Part shown: piece after piece, positions 23,064 through 36,200 of the stretch | Layout: every line of letters begins with the position of its first letter | How positions within the stretch are numbered: the stretch's first letter is position 1 | Source: Acanthaster planci | Lineage: Eukaryota | Direction of reading: 5' to 3' | Assembly: GCF_001949145.1 (NCBI RefSeq) | Contig: NW_019091356.1 | Location: 4,570,934 to 4,634,933 of the forward strand | DNA: 64,000 nucleotides | Notes under the pieces: model-generated | Told to the model about the DNA's origin: nothing | Databases searched by the model: none | The model's input: only the letters and a program-made list of their open reading frames with translations | Position numbers and translations under genes: made by a program

Positions 23064-26000
23064 TCACTTATGTATGTCCATGAACTGAACCTCACTGAGA
23101 AGCAGGTAACGGCGGGGGAGAGGTCTCGGGGCAGGAGAGAGTACTGTGAAGACTCGACGGTCCATGTCAACATGAGTGCTGATGGTGTCAAGAAAAACCA
23201 ACAAATACTGTAATTCAACAGTCAAAACTAAATGTTGGTGTTTGCAGTATGTGGCGGACAGTGGAAAACCCCTCGATAATCAGAACAGACAATCCTAGAG
23301 TCACCTAGTTGATTTTCTCTCGCGTAAAAACACCAGCCATTTTTCGCCCAATGAAACATTCAAACAAACTGACATGAAAAGGACCAAATCTCAGTGACCA
23401 CTTTTTCAAATTTACTGTTGTCAATAGAAACTTGTGAGAAGACACATTACAGACACTTACACACAAATGAAGCCAGCCACATTTGTCTTCAGGAGATCAT
23501 CATCTTTGGTCTTCGCCAGACTGACACTGAGCAGGTGGTGAGACAACTCATTACCTAAAAAAAAAACGGACAAATTCCTTACGTTTAAATTCAAGAAAAA
23601 ACAAGTCTCCGGAGAGATGATATTCTTGTGATGCTACCACTTTATAAGCATTTTAACATCAACAGCTACAAATCTTTCCTGATAAATTAGTCAATTATGG
23701 TTCATTTGGCCAAAAAAATTGGTAAAAGACAAAGGTTCTAATACTTACTCGGTTGGACTGCAACCATCTTAGTCTGGTTATCCTCTGGGGTCATGCCGAG
23801 AGGAAGACAAGAATTAGGGACTGCTGGAGCTGAAGAATAAGTGACAAAGTCAATCCAAATCAAAATGAGATTTTTAGACAGATCAAAAATATCCTTGCAT
23901 CAACTCCAATTTGCTGCTTTATACAGAAAGAGTAAGAAAAAAGTAGAACCCTACCTCCAATTTTGAATATTTCGACATCGGAGAACCTGACCTCAAAAGA
24001 GTGTGGATAGAAGCAGTTTTCAAATCCATAGAAGTATTCCCGAACTCTGCTGTCTCGTGCAGCCACACGGAATGCTCTTGTTCTTTCAACAACCTGCGTA
24101 TGAGATAACATTCGACAGGAAATTATTATCTTTGTTGATAGCATATTGACAGTTATTCTATGGTTATAAACTGAGGATTTGTTGGAACAGATCAAAGGTG
24201 CTGGGGATTACACATCTGGCAAAATACAAGCATGGAGAAGAAAATGTGGAAATGGAAGGACATGACATGATGGAGGGAACCAGCTACTGCAACTAAACTG
24301 AGTGGCATTCCAACCTAAAGTTCACTTGCTGAATAAAATGAGTCACTCACCCCTCCTGACTTTTGTTGCAGCACCACTTTGACAAATGGAGGCATATCTC
24401 GTACTAACTCATTGTATAGTCTTTCTTGATCCAGCACGATAATAACATCAACTACACGAAAAAAATTAGAAAACAGTTGCCACAACTGCAAGGTATGAAG
24501 AAAAGTACAAGAGAAAGGGTACAAGGGCAGATGTAATGCATGAAATGTGTAGTTTAAACATAAGTGCTGCACTCATTTCCTAAAGAAACATAACTATTTT
24601 AATTTCTGGATGATCACTTGCATGTTGAAGAGGAACTAACCTTCAAATGCTTTTGCTGCGTGTGTAATGCATTTATAGCCATCCCCTTTGATCCAACCGC
24701 AGGTGTTGATGATGCAGCCACTGACACTGGCTGCAAGAGAAGAGCAATGAGGTCAAAGGTCATGTAGGTTAAAGTGCAATAAGAACCAAGGTCATCTTAG
24801 GTTGTTAGATTAGAAGGGGTACAGAACCAAAGTATGTCAGACGGAAAGATAAGTGAACCAACCAACAGATTTGGGAAGATTTAGGAATGAAAAGAGACAT
24901 CCACAAAATATCCTGTGGAGGGTTTGCATTAATGACGGTAATATAGGTGTACAGTGACGTTTTAGGCTTTCATTAGTTAACAACACAAAAGCTCCCTCTC
25001 TAAAGAAAAACATGCCGATGTTAAATAATTCAAATTCTATATATCTTGAAGTTTGGCGTCCAAAGTCCTGAAATCCAGAAATTTCAAAGTCCCCAAATCC
25101 AAAAAATCCTAAGAAATCACCCAGCTGATAGAAACAGTAGCTAACTCCTTGCAAAGTACTCTAAGGATACCTCTCTGATTGGCCACGCATCGTCTGTTGA
25201 AGACCTCTGCCATATTCGATACCAGTAAAGTATAAAGCTTGAGATTTGCTCCTGGTGACAATGCTCCAAAATGATACACTAGGGGACCAGCCAATGAGAA
25301 TCCTTCTTCTACATCTGCTGGCCGCTCAATTAGTAAGGCACCAACGGTTCCTGGAACAGAAATGACGCCCTTACGGAGAAAAATAATGTTAATGGTACTA
25401 TTGTCTAAGCAAGGCTTTAAGCAACAACTTTCAAATGATTCTTTCCATGTACGCTTGAATATAGCGCCTGCCATGTTTATTCTTGTATATTCAAAATTTT
25501 GGATACGATAAGAAATGACAGGATGTACCTGACCGACGTCAATGTCTACAAATGTTGGTCTTCTTCCAACTCGGACTGCGTAGTTGAGTAGTAGGCGGCA
25601 AACTGTACTTTTGCCAACATCGGTGGGCCCAACGACCATCACCTGCAATATCATCATGGAAAACAAGAACAGAAACAGTCAGGAAGTAAAACAGAAGCAA
25701 CTGCAATGCTGCCCCTCCCACCAAAAGGTTACTCTTTTTCACATCCATAACGTTAAGTTACCGTTTTATCCAAAACTACCTGGCACATTGGATACTAAAT
25801 TGACTACATTATAAGAAGTCTGGAGAGGTAGAATCACAGGCTTTTATGACTAATGGGAACATACCATACAAAGGACTTTTCTTAAAAACTAACTGCTACT
25901 GTTGTCTCATTTCTTCTTCCAGAAAAATTTGGAAGAACAAAAAAGTTTTACCTTTGGCCCTCTAGTGCCCTCCTGCTCAGCCTGCTGCCTCATCTGCTCC

Positions 26001-28710
26001 AAGGCTGCATGGGTGTTGAGGTATGTCGTCATGGGGGTGTCTCTAGAGATGTAGGCTACCTCTGTCTTACCCTTCAGGTGCAGACGGAAGGTCAAGGAAA
26101 GACGTTACTGGGATGTTTTAGAATTATCAAAGAATAATGGGTCCGTAGATGAAACATCTGCTTAATACTTTCTGAACTGCTGTTGGCAAGCAACAAACCT
26201 TGTAAAAATATATCAAAACCTTAATAAATCCAGAAACAATGATTTCTCTTCCATCTGGGCTCATTTTCCATCCCTTCAATCTTTCATGCCAACTTCCGTA
26301 ATTTTATTACATTGTTTGCAGAAAAAAGAGTCTGTTTTGGACTAAACTCCATTCCTGTTTCCAGTATTCACATAAGGTACTGGCAAGTTAGGCAGCTTGA
26401 GAGGCAAATATTCAGGGAGGTATGCCATTAACAGCAGCTTCCCGACCCATTTAGACCCTACTCACCTGGAATCCATTTTGATCTTATGCCCTAAATCTGT
26501 TTTACATATTGCAAACTATCGATTAGGATGGCACCGGACTGTTTTATACTTCCATGCATTCCAAGCCTCCCTTTCAAAAATGTTTAGAATCTGGCAAGGT
26601 ACAATTCTATGTGTTTATTCATGAATTTGAAATTATTCATCAGAGTAGACAGGTGGACATTGGTCATGAAATTTCATTTTATTGCTTCATTTGTACTCTC
26701 AACATTCAAAAATGAAGAGTTAACCTCGTTTTCAAATTCAATATGGCCAGCCCCATGAATAAAGTCTATCAGAGATCATCTGAACATGAGACTTTTGATT
26801 CCTGTCTTAGTGACAAAAGGATATATTCAAGGAGCAGCCGTGCCATGTGTAGACGGCCACCTTTGCTAATGAGGTGAATTTGTAGACACGACTCTTCAGC
26901 AATTCTGTTCCAAAAACCTCAGCTAGTCCTTCTTTTAACTAAAGAAACATAAAACGAAAGAAAAGTTACAATTTAACACAAAATATTACTGATTCTGTAA
27001 CAACCTCAAATGAAGAACATTTCATTTGCCACACCTAAGAAAAATTTCAGTAGTTATAACACCATCACTATACTATCAACTTCAGGTTTCTATTGTTTAT
27101 TTTTAAAAATCTACTTTTGGAGTTAAACAGTGATCAATTAATTAAACCTACCCTTAGTTCCACAAGTTCATCTTTTTCCACTTCAAACCTCAACTCTGAG
27201 TCTTTTTCAAGTTTATATTCTTTTTCTCCATGTTGACTCTGGGAAAAAAGCACAACACACATCTGAAATACAAAGGAATGTTGATGTTTGAATTATCAAT
27301 GTAACACTGCAATATCACACAGCATCCCATCTGCCTCCACCTGACTCCAGGCCAGGTGGTGGCGAGTCATGCATAAACATTGACTTTGTGTCCACTGAAC
27401 AAACACTACACACCCATACAGTGTCCTGCTCCATTGAAATACCGCAAGGAGTGTGTCAATCATACTGTAAAGTATACATATTCATAGCTTGTGCATTATT
27501 CATAAGATGGCATGATTTCCCTTTTTCTCAATTGTAAATGTAAGGATTTGACCTTTCCTCCTGATTTCGAAGACAAATTACAATTGATTTTGTACAAAAA
27601 ACAACATACATTTTGTTTTAAGCATAAAATGCTAAAAACTACAAAAAGTTTTGAAGGAATACAGGTATAAATCAGATCCTTAATTTTAGCAACTGTGAAG
27701 AGATGAATACCAATTTTGAAGTGGTCTCAAAGTTCCATTTATTGCACACCTCCTCAGTAGGAATATCACTGACCTGCAAACTCCACAGGAGTTGCAGTTA
27801 GTGCATGATGAGTTGACTTGTATGAATCTAATGATTAATACAGTCTGGGGGCAGGGCCGTCCGAACCCTAAACCCAAACTCTGATCTCTACCCAGCTGAA
27901 GAGGTTCCTTGAAGAAACTGAAACCAGGAGATCGGGAATGAGGGACATTGACAGATTGTGGAAGACTAAATGTTCCAAATATGTGACTTGTGGGTTAGTA
28001 CGCAACAGAACTTGAAGCCATAACTACAGTAATGCAAGCACTGATGATGTCTTACACCAACTGGTTATTTGCTGACATGTGTTGAACTCATTTGCATCAG
28101 AATCAATTAATTTGGACGAGAAATAACAAATCAAATGTAATTTGGTACTAAATTTCATTCTGGAATATATGGAAAATGTAGTGGAGCTCCACTGATTCAT
28201 TATTTTCCGTTAACCTGTGCTTTTAAGACTCTTCTCTGAAAAGCTCAATAAAATTCAAAACTAATTAATTATTCAGTAGTACGTTTTTGGCTGGTTTACG
28301 GTCCAGATATGCTTAGCTGTACCAGCCGTGTGTGTCCTCCAGAACCAAAGAGAATAGAAAAAGGAAGATTTGACCAAAACTTGAAAGGAAAATATTGAAA
28401 GAAAAAATTAAATGTACCACTCTGACCATAGCATCAACCCACAATCACGCGAACTGCACACATCTCCCTATTTGGCTGACTACGTGACTCACTTCATCAC
28501 ATAGCATTATCACTGATGTCACTCACGTTAACACATTAACTGCCGGTTACTTGTAGTCACAGGTGTACCCAATTCTGCCACTAAGTACGAGTATACTCAG
28601 AGGAAATGAAAGGCCATTGTAATGTAAATTGTATACATTGGCATCACCGAAAAACACAAAAAATATGCCGCTGGCAGTATTGAACCATGTCTCGCTCTCA
28701 CAGTCGCCAT
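23064..28710 (-). CDS. CLP1: Polyribonucleotide 5'-hydroxyl kinase Clp1, 12 coding exons, 422 aa
   Basis: Exons 28710-28702, 27238-27152, 26938-26825, 26077-25952, 25642-25529, 25369-25171, 24730-24641, 24451-24351, 24093-23955, 23829-23749, 23554-23461, 23178-23064 (1269 nt). Motifs ELRFEVE, Walker [36 protein letters not shown] and [10 protein letters not shown]. The 9-nt first coding exon (MAT) is the least certain. Confidence 0.95.
24731..25170 (-). other. Probable U12-type GT-AG intron in CLP1
   Basis: 5'ss GTATCCTTAG. U12-like branch candidates ACCTTTGAC (24760-24752) and CACTTTAAC (24776-24768). Confidence 0.6.
26078..26824 (-). other. U12-type (minor spliceosome) AT-AC intron in CLP1
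   Basis: 5'ss ATATCCTTTT, branch site TTCCTTGAC (26099-26091), 3'ss CAC. It joins [15 protein letters not shown] in frame. Confidence 0.93.
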
Positions 28711-28762
28711 CTTTAAAATAAGGTCTTTGAACATTACCTCACTTGACCCCTCATCGTCTCGA

Positions 28763-28888
28763 CGGCTGTTCCATGTCAAGGCATATCTAATACATGGACT
28801 GAGCGATAAGATAGGCCTACTACATGTACCAATGGGCTCTTCCAAAACTTGGGCAGCAGTTTAGATATGTCTTGACATGGAACAGCCG
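28763..28888. repeat. 28-bp-arm inverted repeat (small MITE-like) immediately upstream of the CLP1 ATG
   Basis: CGGCTGTTCCATGTCAAGGCATATCTAA (28763-28790) pairs with TTAGATATGTCTTGACATGGAACAGCCG (28861-28888), 1 mismatch. Confidence 0.8.
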
Positions 28889-28943
28889 CTTGAATGGGTG
28901 AAGGCAAAAAGACTGGAAAATACCAGAACAACGTGAGCGAAAT

Positions 28944-29308
28944 CATTTAATAAACGAAGTGGCTATTGTTACGGCAGCCGTAACGCACCTCCCATTTTCT
29001 ATCATTACGACACTGAATTGCAGAGGTGTGATGACGTAGCTGATCATAACAACGGTTTATATAATTTTAAAATTACCTGTTTATGTTTTATACAATTGTT
29101 TTTTTTTTTGTTCGTTTCTAATTATATAGGCCTAAGCAGGAATCTTTTTTCTTTTCTCATTGGAGGCTTTGGAGGATTTTTTGTTAAGGGAAAACAAGTC
29201 CGAAATCTGCACTAAGTTGGTGCGCTTGTGCAGTTGCAGTGCCGTAATGATAGAAAATGGGAGATACGTTACGGCTGCCGTAACAATAGCCACAGCGTTC
29301 AATAAATG
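28944..29308. mobile_element. Long-TIR MITE/foldback element in the CLP1-DNAJB6 intergenic region
   Basis: About 70-bp inverted arms (GTGGCTATTGTTACGGCAGCCGTAACGCACCTCCCATTTTCTATCATTACG and its complement), each containing a GTTACGGCWGCCGTAAC palindrome, around an AT-rich interior. Confidence 0.75.
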
Positions 29309-31049
29309 GCGCTAAGAAAGCAGAGAGGCTAAGGATCATTTCTGTGTGCAAAAATATTGTGCCTACGATTATAAGAGGGTGCGCCGAACCTTTTCACCAC
29401 GCCGACACTCAAATTGTGTATACAGATGTGTAGCTAAGCATGGATTCCTCCATGGGCTAAGGATGGAGCGGGAGTGAGAGTCTGTGCCACAGGCTATCGT
29501 CAGTGCTGGCATTTAACATTTATAAATTAATGCGAAAGGGTCATTATTACTCTTACATCATCTTGTGAACCTCCGGGCTCTGAACCACTTGCTTCAGCAG
29601 CGGTAGCCATTTCAAATTTGCTTCAGCAATTTCCGTCTATTTCTAACGAGATCCCTAGACCAGACGCAGAAACTTTCGTGTGCACGGTGCTCAAGCAATC
29701 GAATGCAGGCACCCGGATCCCTCACCATGTGCCGTTGCGACTGCCACCGATGTTCGTTGCTTTATCACCAAACACTCATACTAAAACTATCACCAGTTTT
29801 CAGTATCTATGAATCGGTGTTCAGCAATGACTCAAATACTGAAATCACCGCAGATATTCTGAAATGTCTTGGTTTGGGCATGTTTTGGATACTTAATTCC
29901 GAAGGAAAATAAGGACGCACACACAAATTACGAGTACGCTGTACATGTACACATGTACATGTACAGTACGAGGACTGTACTGTACATACGTTGCGCGCGC
30001 GTCTGCTGAACTCGCACCAGACTAAATGCTGTCCCAATTGCGAATGGGGCATTATTCAAAGATAATTCAAATTCAAAAACGACATTTATTTCCATACTTT
30101 TATTAACGTACGAATAAAAGAAAACAGCTAAAATAAATACGAACCATAAATACAATGAAATAAAATAAGAGAAAATAGAGAAAACTTTAACAGATAGTAT
30201 GGGGCTGTTCATATAATCAGTCCATGGAGCTGTAAAAAAAGGATAGCTCCATGATCAGACAATAGGGGAAGGCGTCATACTGAAAAATTCTCCATCAGTT
30301 CCCTCCATGCCAATATTTTGTTCATAATTTTCAAAATGATGCACAGGGAGCCGTCATAGGAGATAAGAACAAACTACTTCTACCATGAAATAATGCTGGA
30401 TTGCATTTCTTATTATTTTTGTCGACCAAAAGTTTCTGAAGCAAACTTGTGGATAAAAAGGCCTAAATCTATTTTCATGGAATGGATATTGGGAGCATGC
30501 ATTAAATATGTTTTTTTTAATTATGCTTGTTTATTCGTTTATTCCATGTTTTACTGACGTGTTTTTAATACCATTTTTACACTCAATTTGGAAATATAAA
30601 ATTGATAAATTACTATGTAATAACTTATAAATTTCCCCCAAATATATTTTTTCCAACATCAGAAAAACGAAGAACAAGAACATCCAGAAAATACACTTTA
30701 ATTTAACGAAGAGTCTGTTTTCTTTTCCTCTTTAAAGTCTAAATCCATGATACGGCACAATTCGTAAAGTGGATGTTGAATTTTTGGGGGGCCACTATAT
30801 TTTTCTTCTCAGGGAATGAATATGTCAGATTAAAGGAGGGACCAAGTAAAGTCGAACTTTCTTCGGGATTTTCTCTTTGTCAGTCCTAAAATTTCTTAAA
30901 GAAAATAATGGAAGTAGATTGAAATTAACTGATTTGTATGAGCTTTTAGTTCTGGGGATTTACTCCGGAAACATGATTTTTAAGTTCCCAAATAAAGCAA
31001 TCAAGAAGCCGCTTCCCTGCACAGGAATGGTATTGCCTGAGTTACAAAT

Positions 31050-31208
31050 GCAATGGCACGTCGAGAAATTTCGGTGCCGAATTTCCCCGGCAACTGGCTA
31101 TAAAAACTGCCGTTTCGCAACTTCTGTAGATGACGGAAGTAAATAAGTTTCTAATTAAACAAGTTGTACAAGTTTCGCCGTAAGTTTGTTGCACCTAAAC
31201 AGGTAAGA
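31050..31208 (+). promoter_or_regulatory. Probable DNAJB6 promoter and non-coding first exon
   Basis: CpG-rich patch, ETS-type CGGAAGT at 31134 and a strong donor CAG|GTAAGA at 31202. The first coding exon has an acceptor at 33220, upstream of the ATG. Confidence 0.5.
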
Positions 31209-33287
31209 AATGCTGACAGTCTGTAAAAATAGTGAGAGTTTAAACGGGGTTTACATGTCGTATTTTTATTTATTTGTTGAGGCACAGCACAAAAGCCCAA
31301 GGCACCGACACGGTATGCCGTCGCATTCTTGGCAATCCTTTTGCCGTTTCTCCGGTCGCAAACAGTGTGCGATCTGGGTTCAATATCTAGCTTACCATCT
31401 GTGCTGTACAATCAAAGTGGAATAAAACACTTGCATGTAAATGGGATTAACGAAACAGTTGATGTTTTTCAAGGTTATGCCGTCTGCAGTTTGCAGAAAT
31501 GTAAAAAATGTACCCGAGTGTTCACTGTAGGCCCATGGAGTTGGCGCGTCAATCGGAAGGAAAAGTGTACGTGTGTGACGTGCTTGCTGTAGGCCTACAA
31601 TGTATAGATTCAGTCAACCGTCGTCGATCGTCTATACATCATGGCATGCATTCTAAACTAGGCCTATAGTATGTTGTAATTGTTACGTTTTTTTCAAATT
31701 ACTGAAAGAAACTCATATTGTGTTCTGCTTTCTGTTTCTGTTTTAATGCATGGCGATTAGCTTCCAATATTCATGTATATACATGTATCTAAGTCACATC
31801 ATCTCAAGGTAGTGTCTTCCTGAGGCATTCTTCACAAACAAAGCAACATTGTGACACTAACAAGGGGATATTTATATTGTCACAGAGGTATAGAGACTGT
31901 GAGTTGAACTGTGAAGGTTGAGAAAACGTTAGATGGGTCTTGTGGCAGTTAATTTCAGAATTCCATTTCTACAGCGTGGTGTGTGTACGTGCATTTTGAG
32001 TCGTCAGACAATGCGCTCACATCACTTCAGTTTTTACTGCGTGAAGTCAGACATCATTTTTTTGAATGGAATTTGGGGAAAAGTAAAGTCAGTCTTACGC
32101 TCATTTATCACAGAATTTATTGTTTGTTGTATTCAACTATTTTGAAATGAGTCAAACTTGTGCATGAGCTTTAGAATGTAATTTGTAAACATTCAAGTCA
32201 AACAGATGTGATTTGACAAGGTTTTGAAGAATCTGTCCAAATTAAGAAAAGCAGGATTTTAAATGCATATGAATAACTTGAAGCTATAGCATACATGTAG
32301 CTTTCTGTTCAAAAGAAGATTAGATTATTGTTTAAAAGTACCGATGAAAATTAGCAGGCAAGTACAACATCATACTCGCACATCCATGTACAGGTGAAGT
32401 CACCTGATACCTTTCAGATTTCATATTTGGCTACTTTCACCAATTTCCTTGAATGCATTAATGCTATAGTAGTACAGTTGCAGTATTTTTAGAATAGATG
32501 GAATATTTGTTTTGCTTTAACTCTTTGAGGTCCATAAAGTTTCAGTGCCTGGAGGTTGGATTTTTGCAGATTCAGTGCATGAGCTGTACATGTATTTGTG
32601 TGTCTGATGCCCTAATTTGGTTGCAGCCAGTGGAAAAATTTGTTAGTGCATTAGTTCACAGCGTTGGATCAAAATAGTGCCTGTAAATATTCTTGCGCCT
32701 GTACCATAGACCTGTACAGTGTACGTCATTACCAGAGCATTAAATTGCTTTGCAAAATGAAGCCTGCTGGGTGCATCTATGTTTGTGCACAGACCTATGG
32801 ATATCCTGAAACCTTGTATGGGTTTTGTTTATGTACATCTTTGTATTGTAAAAGTTGCATTTTGCGATTTGTATGCATAAAATGTAAGCCTATATACACT
32901 GCAGGTACTAAATTACATGTGAATGACAGAAAAATGGGTTGTATTGTATTTGTCAATGTTTGACTGGTGTGCTGCATTTACAGTACATAATTTATTATTT
33001 GTTCCATCTTATTTTATGATCTTCTGCAAGAACTCGGTGTGCCAGATTTTATTGGAATGTTGCTCGCAAATGGCTTATTCCAAATGTCTGTGCCACAGAG
33101 ATGTCAATAATTCTGTGCATGGAGAAGAATGAATTACATGTATCACTTTGAGTAATTTAATATACATTGTACATGTACTCTGGTCTCCCAAAGTCTAATG
33201 ATTTGATTTCCTTCTCACAGGTGACTACAGGCTTTCCAATAAGTACATCTAAATATTGAGCCATCAGCAGACAGATTAGGTGTCATC

Positions 33288-36200
33288 ATGGTCGAATACT
33301 ACAACGTACTCGGCGTCTCCAGAAACGCATCGCTTGAGGATATCAAAAAAGCGTAAGTAATCACACAAAGTTGGGTAGCACATGTACAAAAAAACTGAAC
33401 TACATTAACCTTAACCCCCTAGGGTGTATGGAAAATCGTATTGAAATTGGAGGATTTGGGACTGTTAGGGTTAAAGATGTCATGGAGGACAGGACATGTA
33501 AATGTCTGGATATTGAATACTGTACTAATTGCACCTTGTACCTTGTAGATAAATACCTAACATTCCTTATTGGATAGAAATAGAAGATTGATGAGGGTGG
33601 TACCAGTATATTGCATGATGGGACTGCTTAACTCCATTGATTAATGCTTGGAAATTTAACATAAATGAATGAATGGGGCGATGTACATGTATTTTGGAGA
33701 ATTTTTTTGTTGGTGAGGAGATGTTTTGTGAGAAACGCTGTTTTTTTTTATCAAACTTGTCAAAAACGTGTGAACTTTTTCCCCATTTTGGAGAGTAGAA
33801 CAACTAAATTGTGTTTTAATAATTGTGCTTACATTGTGTACATTTTGAGAAAGGCAAAATGGTAGTCATTTTTATTTTGCTACTCTTCTAGAAAGTTTGA
33901 AAGTGAAATGGATGAAGAAATATTTTAAGAGCAAAATTTCTCTACAGAATGTTGTAATATCCTAGGAAGGACAGTTGATTACAATCACAACAAATCAGCC
34001 AACTTTCTGTAAATATTTAACCATCATGGATGCTTTTTCTGCTCTAGCAAATGCTCCCGTGCACTAGATCACATTGAGATCATCTGCAAATTCCATAAAT
34101 TGCACAATTTGTGCACGGCGTATAAATGTACACGAGCTATTGAATTAACATGTACATATAGAGCATATGTCTGCCCTGTGTATACGTTGTACATAGTTGA
34201 GCTGGGCTTCCACCACAGACATGACAGAGTGAATATTTTCACATGCAGCATACTGAACCTTTTTGAAATACCTTGGCTATGATGTATAGTTAGTGAAACA
34301 GCTTATTTATATCGAATTGGGAATTTATCATTGGAACAGAAGCATTGGTCAAAATGTCATGTTCTGGGATCATGCGATAAGTGCACCGTGTGTTTCTTAA
34401 ATGCGTGTACATTTACGGTCAGTAATACAGATGGCTGTGAACATGTAATCTTGAGTATTTTTATTTAAAGTAGTCACATTGTTTGCAGTTTCTTTATTTG
34501 TAAATAATGTCAATATACTGGCTACAGAATTTAAGGAAGTCATATTTTAATTTAAAATGGCAGCATTTTTCCAACATTGTACATGTATTTTCTCATCAAA
34601 TTAATTAAGTTCATCAAGTTGGCCCCCATTGTGGCTCTGGGCTTTGAGAACCCTTTCGCCAATCCCTTGACATTTTTGTGATGAATAGTTCAAAGAAACT
34701 GTTGTGTAACACAATATGCAAATTCAGTGACCCCTGTCAAACATCAAAGCCTGCATAAAGTTCACTTCATAATCTTCCACAATCCTTTCAGACTTTCCTG
34801 TGAATTTTGAAAGACTTTGGAAGGTCAGTTGTCAAAGGTCATCCGAACTATCGTACATTTTCAGTAGAAAAACTACATGTACATGTATGTTCATGGATCC
34901 ATCTCTGCGACAGGAAAGCCGGATGCTTGAAATTATGAATGTGAGGTACAATCCATCTTGTGTTTTGTCAGGCTGCTGTTTTACTCAAGTAGGTCAGGGT
35001 CATACGTGTATTTACTCAGTTTGTGACTCAGAATTGTAAAGCTGTTTCATCATTTTTCATGAATTTAGACATTTCACCAGACATTTTTAATTCCCCAGGT
35101 ATTTTTTGGCCCGACCTTTCCTGTGCCAGAATTGGGCACTGTTGTGTGAACAAGTTTTGTAAACAGTGTACATGTACTGCACCAATACTGACCAAAAAAT
35201 ATGATGTTTTCATAGTTTCAATTAATCCATGCTAAACCTTGAGCATGTGAAAAATGATATTGAAATTCAGGACTGTTTAACCACCTTGAATTCAGGACTG
35301 TTTAACCACCTTGAATTCAGGACTGTTTAACCACCTTGAATTCAGGACTGTTTAACCACCTTGAAGTTGAAAAGTGCTGGAGGATATCATTAACCCTAAC
35401 AGTCCTCAGTCCTCCAACAGGTGAAGGATTGAGGAGTGTTGGGGTTAATGTGATTTAAATTGCTGAGTATTTACACACAAAGTAATATAAGGGGTTCTGC
35501 CCAAACTTTTGTGGTGTGTCCACCTTTAGATATCGGAAGAAAGCGTTGAAATGGCATCCGGACAAAAATCCAAATAACCAAAAAGAAGCTGAGAGGCGGT
35601 TTAAGGAGATAGCTGAGGCCTACGAGGTGCTCTCAGACAGTAAGTCACACTTTGGTTTTCCTTAATCAGGCATGCTACTTTTCCTTGGATCAGCTGATGT
35701 CCTTGTTTTTCACTTCACATTCATGCCATGGAGAATTGAAAACTACTGGACAAAGTCTTGTAAAGATTGGAATTTCCTTGTTATTTGTCAAAGCTGAAGC
35801 TGCATGCCTGTTAAAATCTCAGCCCGAGTCCAAAGTATGAAATGTGTAAAAAAAAATTCTGATTACGTGTACGATCGAATGATACTATTATATTAACTCT
35901 GTGCCTTTGTTTTGTCAGAATTGGCACAATAATACAGCAACTCCTAGGCATTTGTATGGTTCTGTTCTACACTGTGTGGATTACGAGGTTTCCTGATTGG
36001 ATTTGTTTTCTTTCCAGAGAGCAAGAGGGATACTTATGACAGATATGGCATTGAGGGTCTTAAGCGAGGAGGTACGCCATTCCACCGTAAGAATTTTCTG
36101 ACTTAGGCTTTTAATCAATAAAAACTTGGTCCTGGTTGGGTAAAGGGAAGGATTGTAATTTATAGCCAACTCTTAGAAGATATTGTAAAACAAAACAAAA

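Noticed and set aside
29618..35235. Numerous 60-100 aa ORFs in intergenic and intronic DNA
   Set aside because: Many have non-ATG starts and biased composition with no domains, as expected by chance.
35266..35365. CRISPR-like repeats (also 40271-40370)
   Set aside because: Head-to-tail repeats without spacers, in a eukaryotic intron with no cas genes.
35391..35400. Telomerase-template-like TAACCCTAAC
   Set aside because: Isolated 10-mer in a short intronic inverted repeat, without pseudoknot or H/ACA context.
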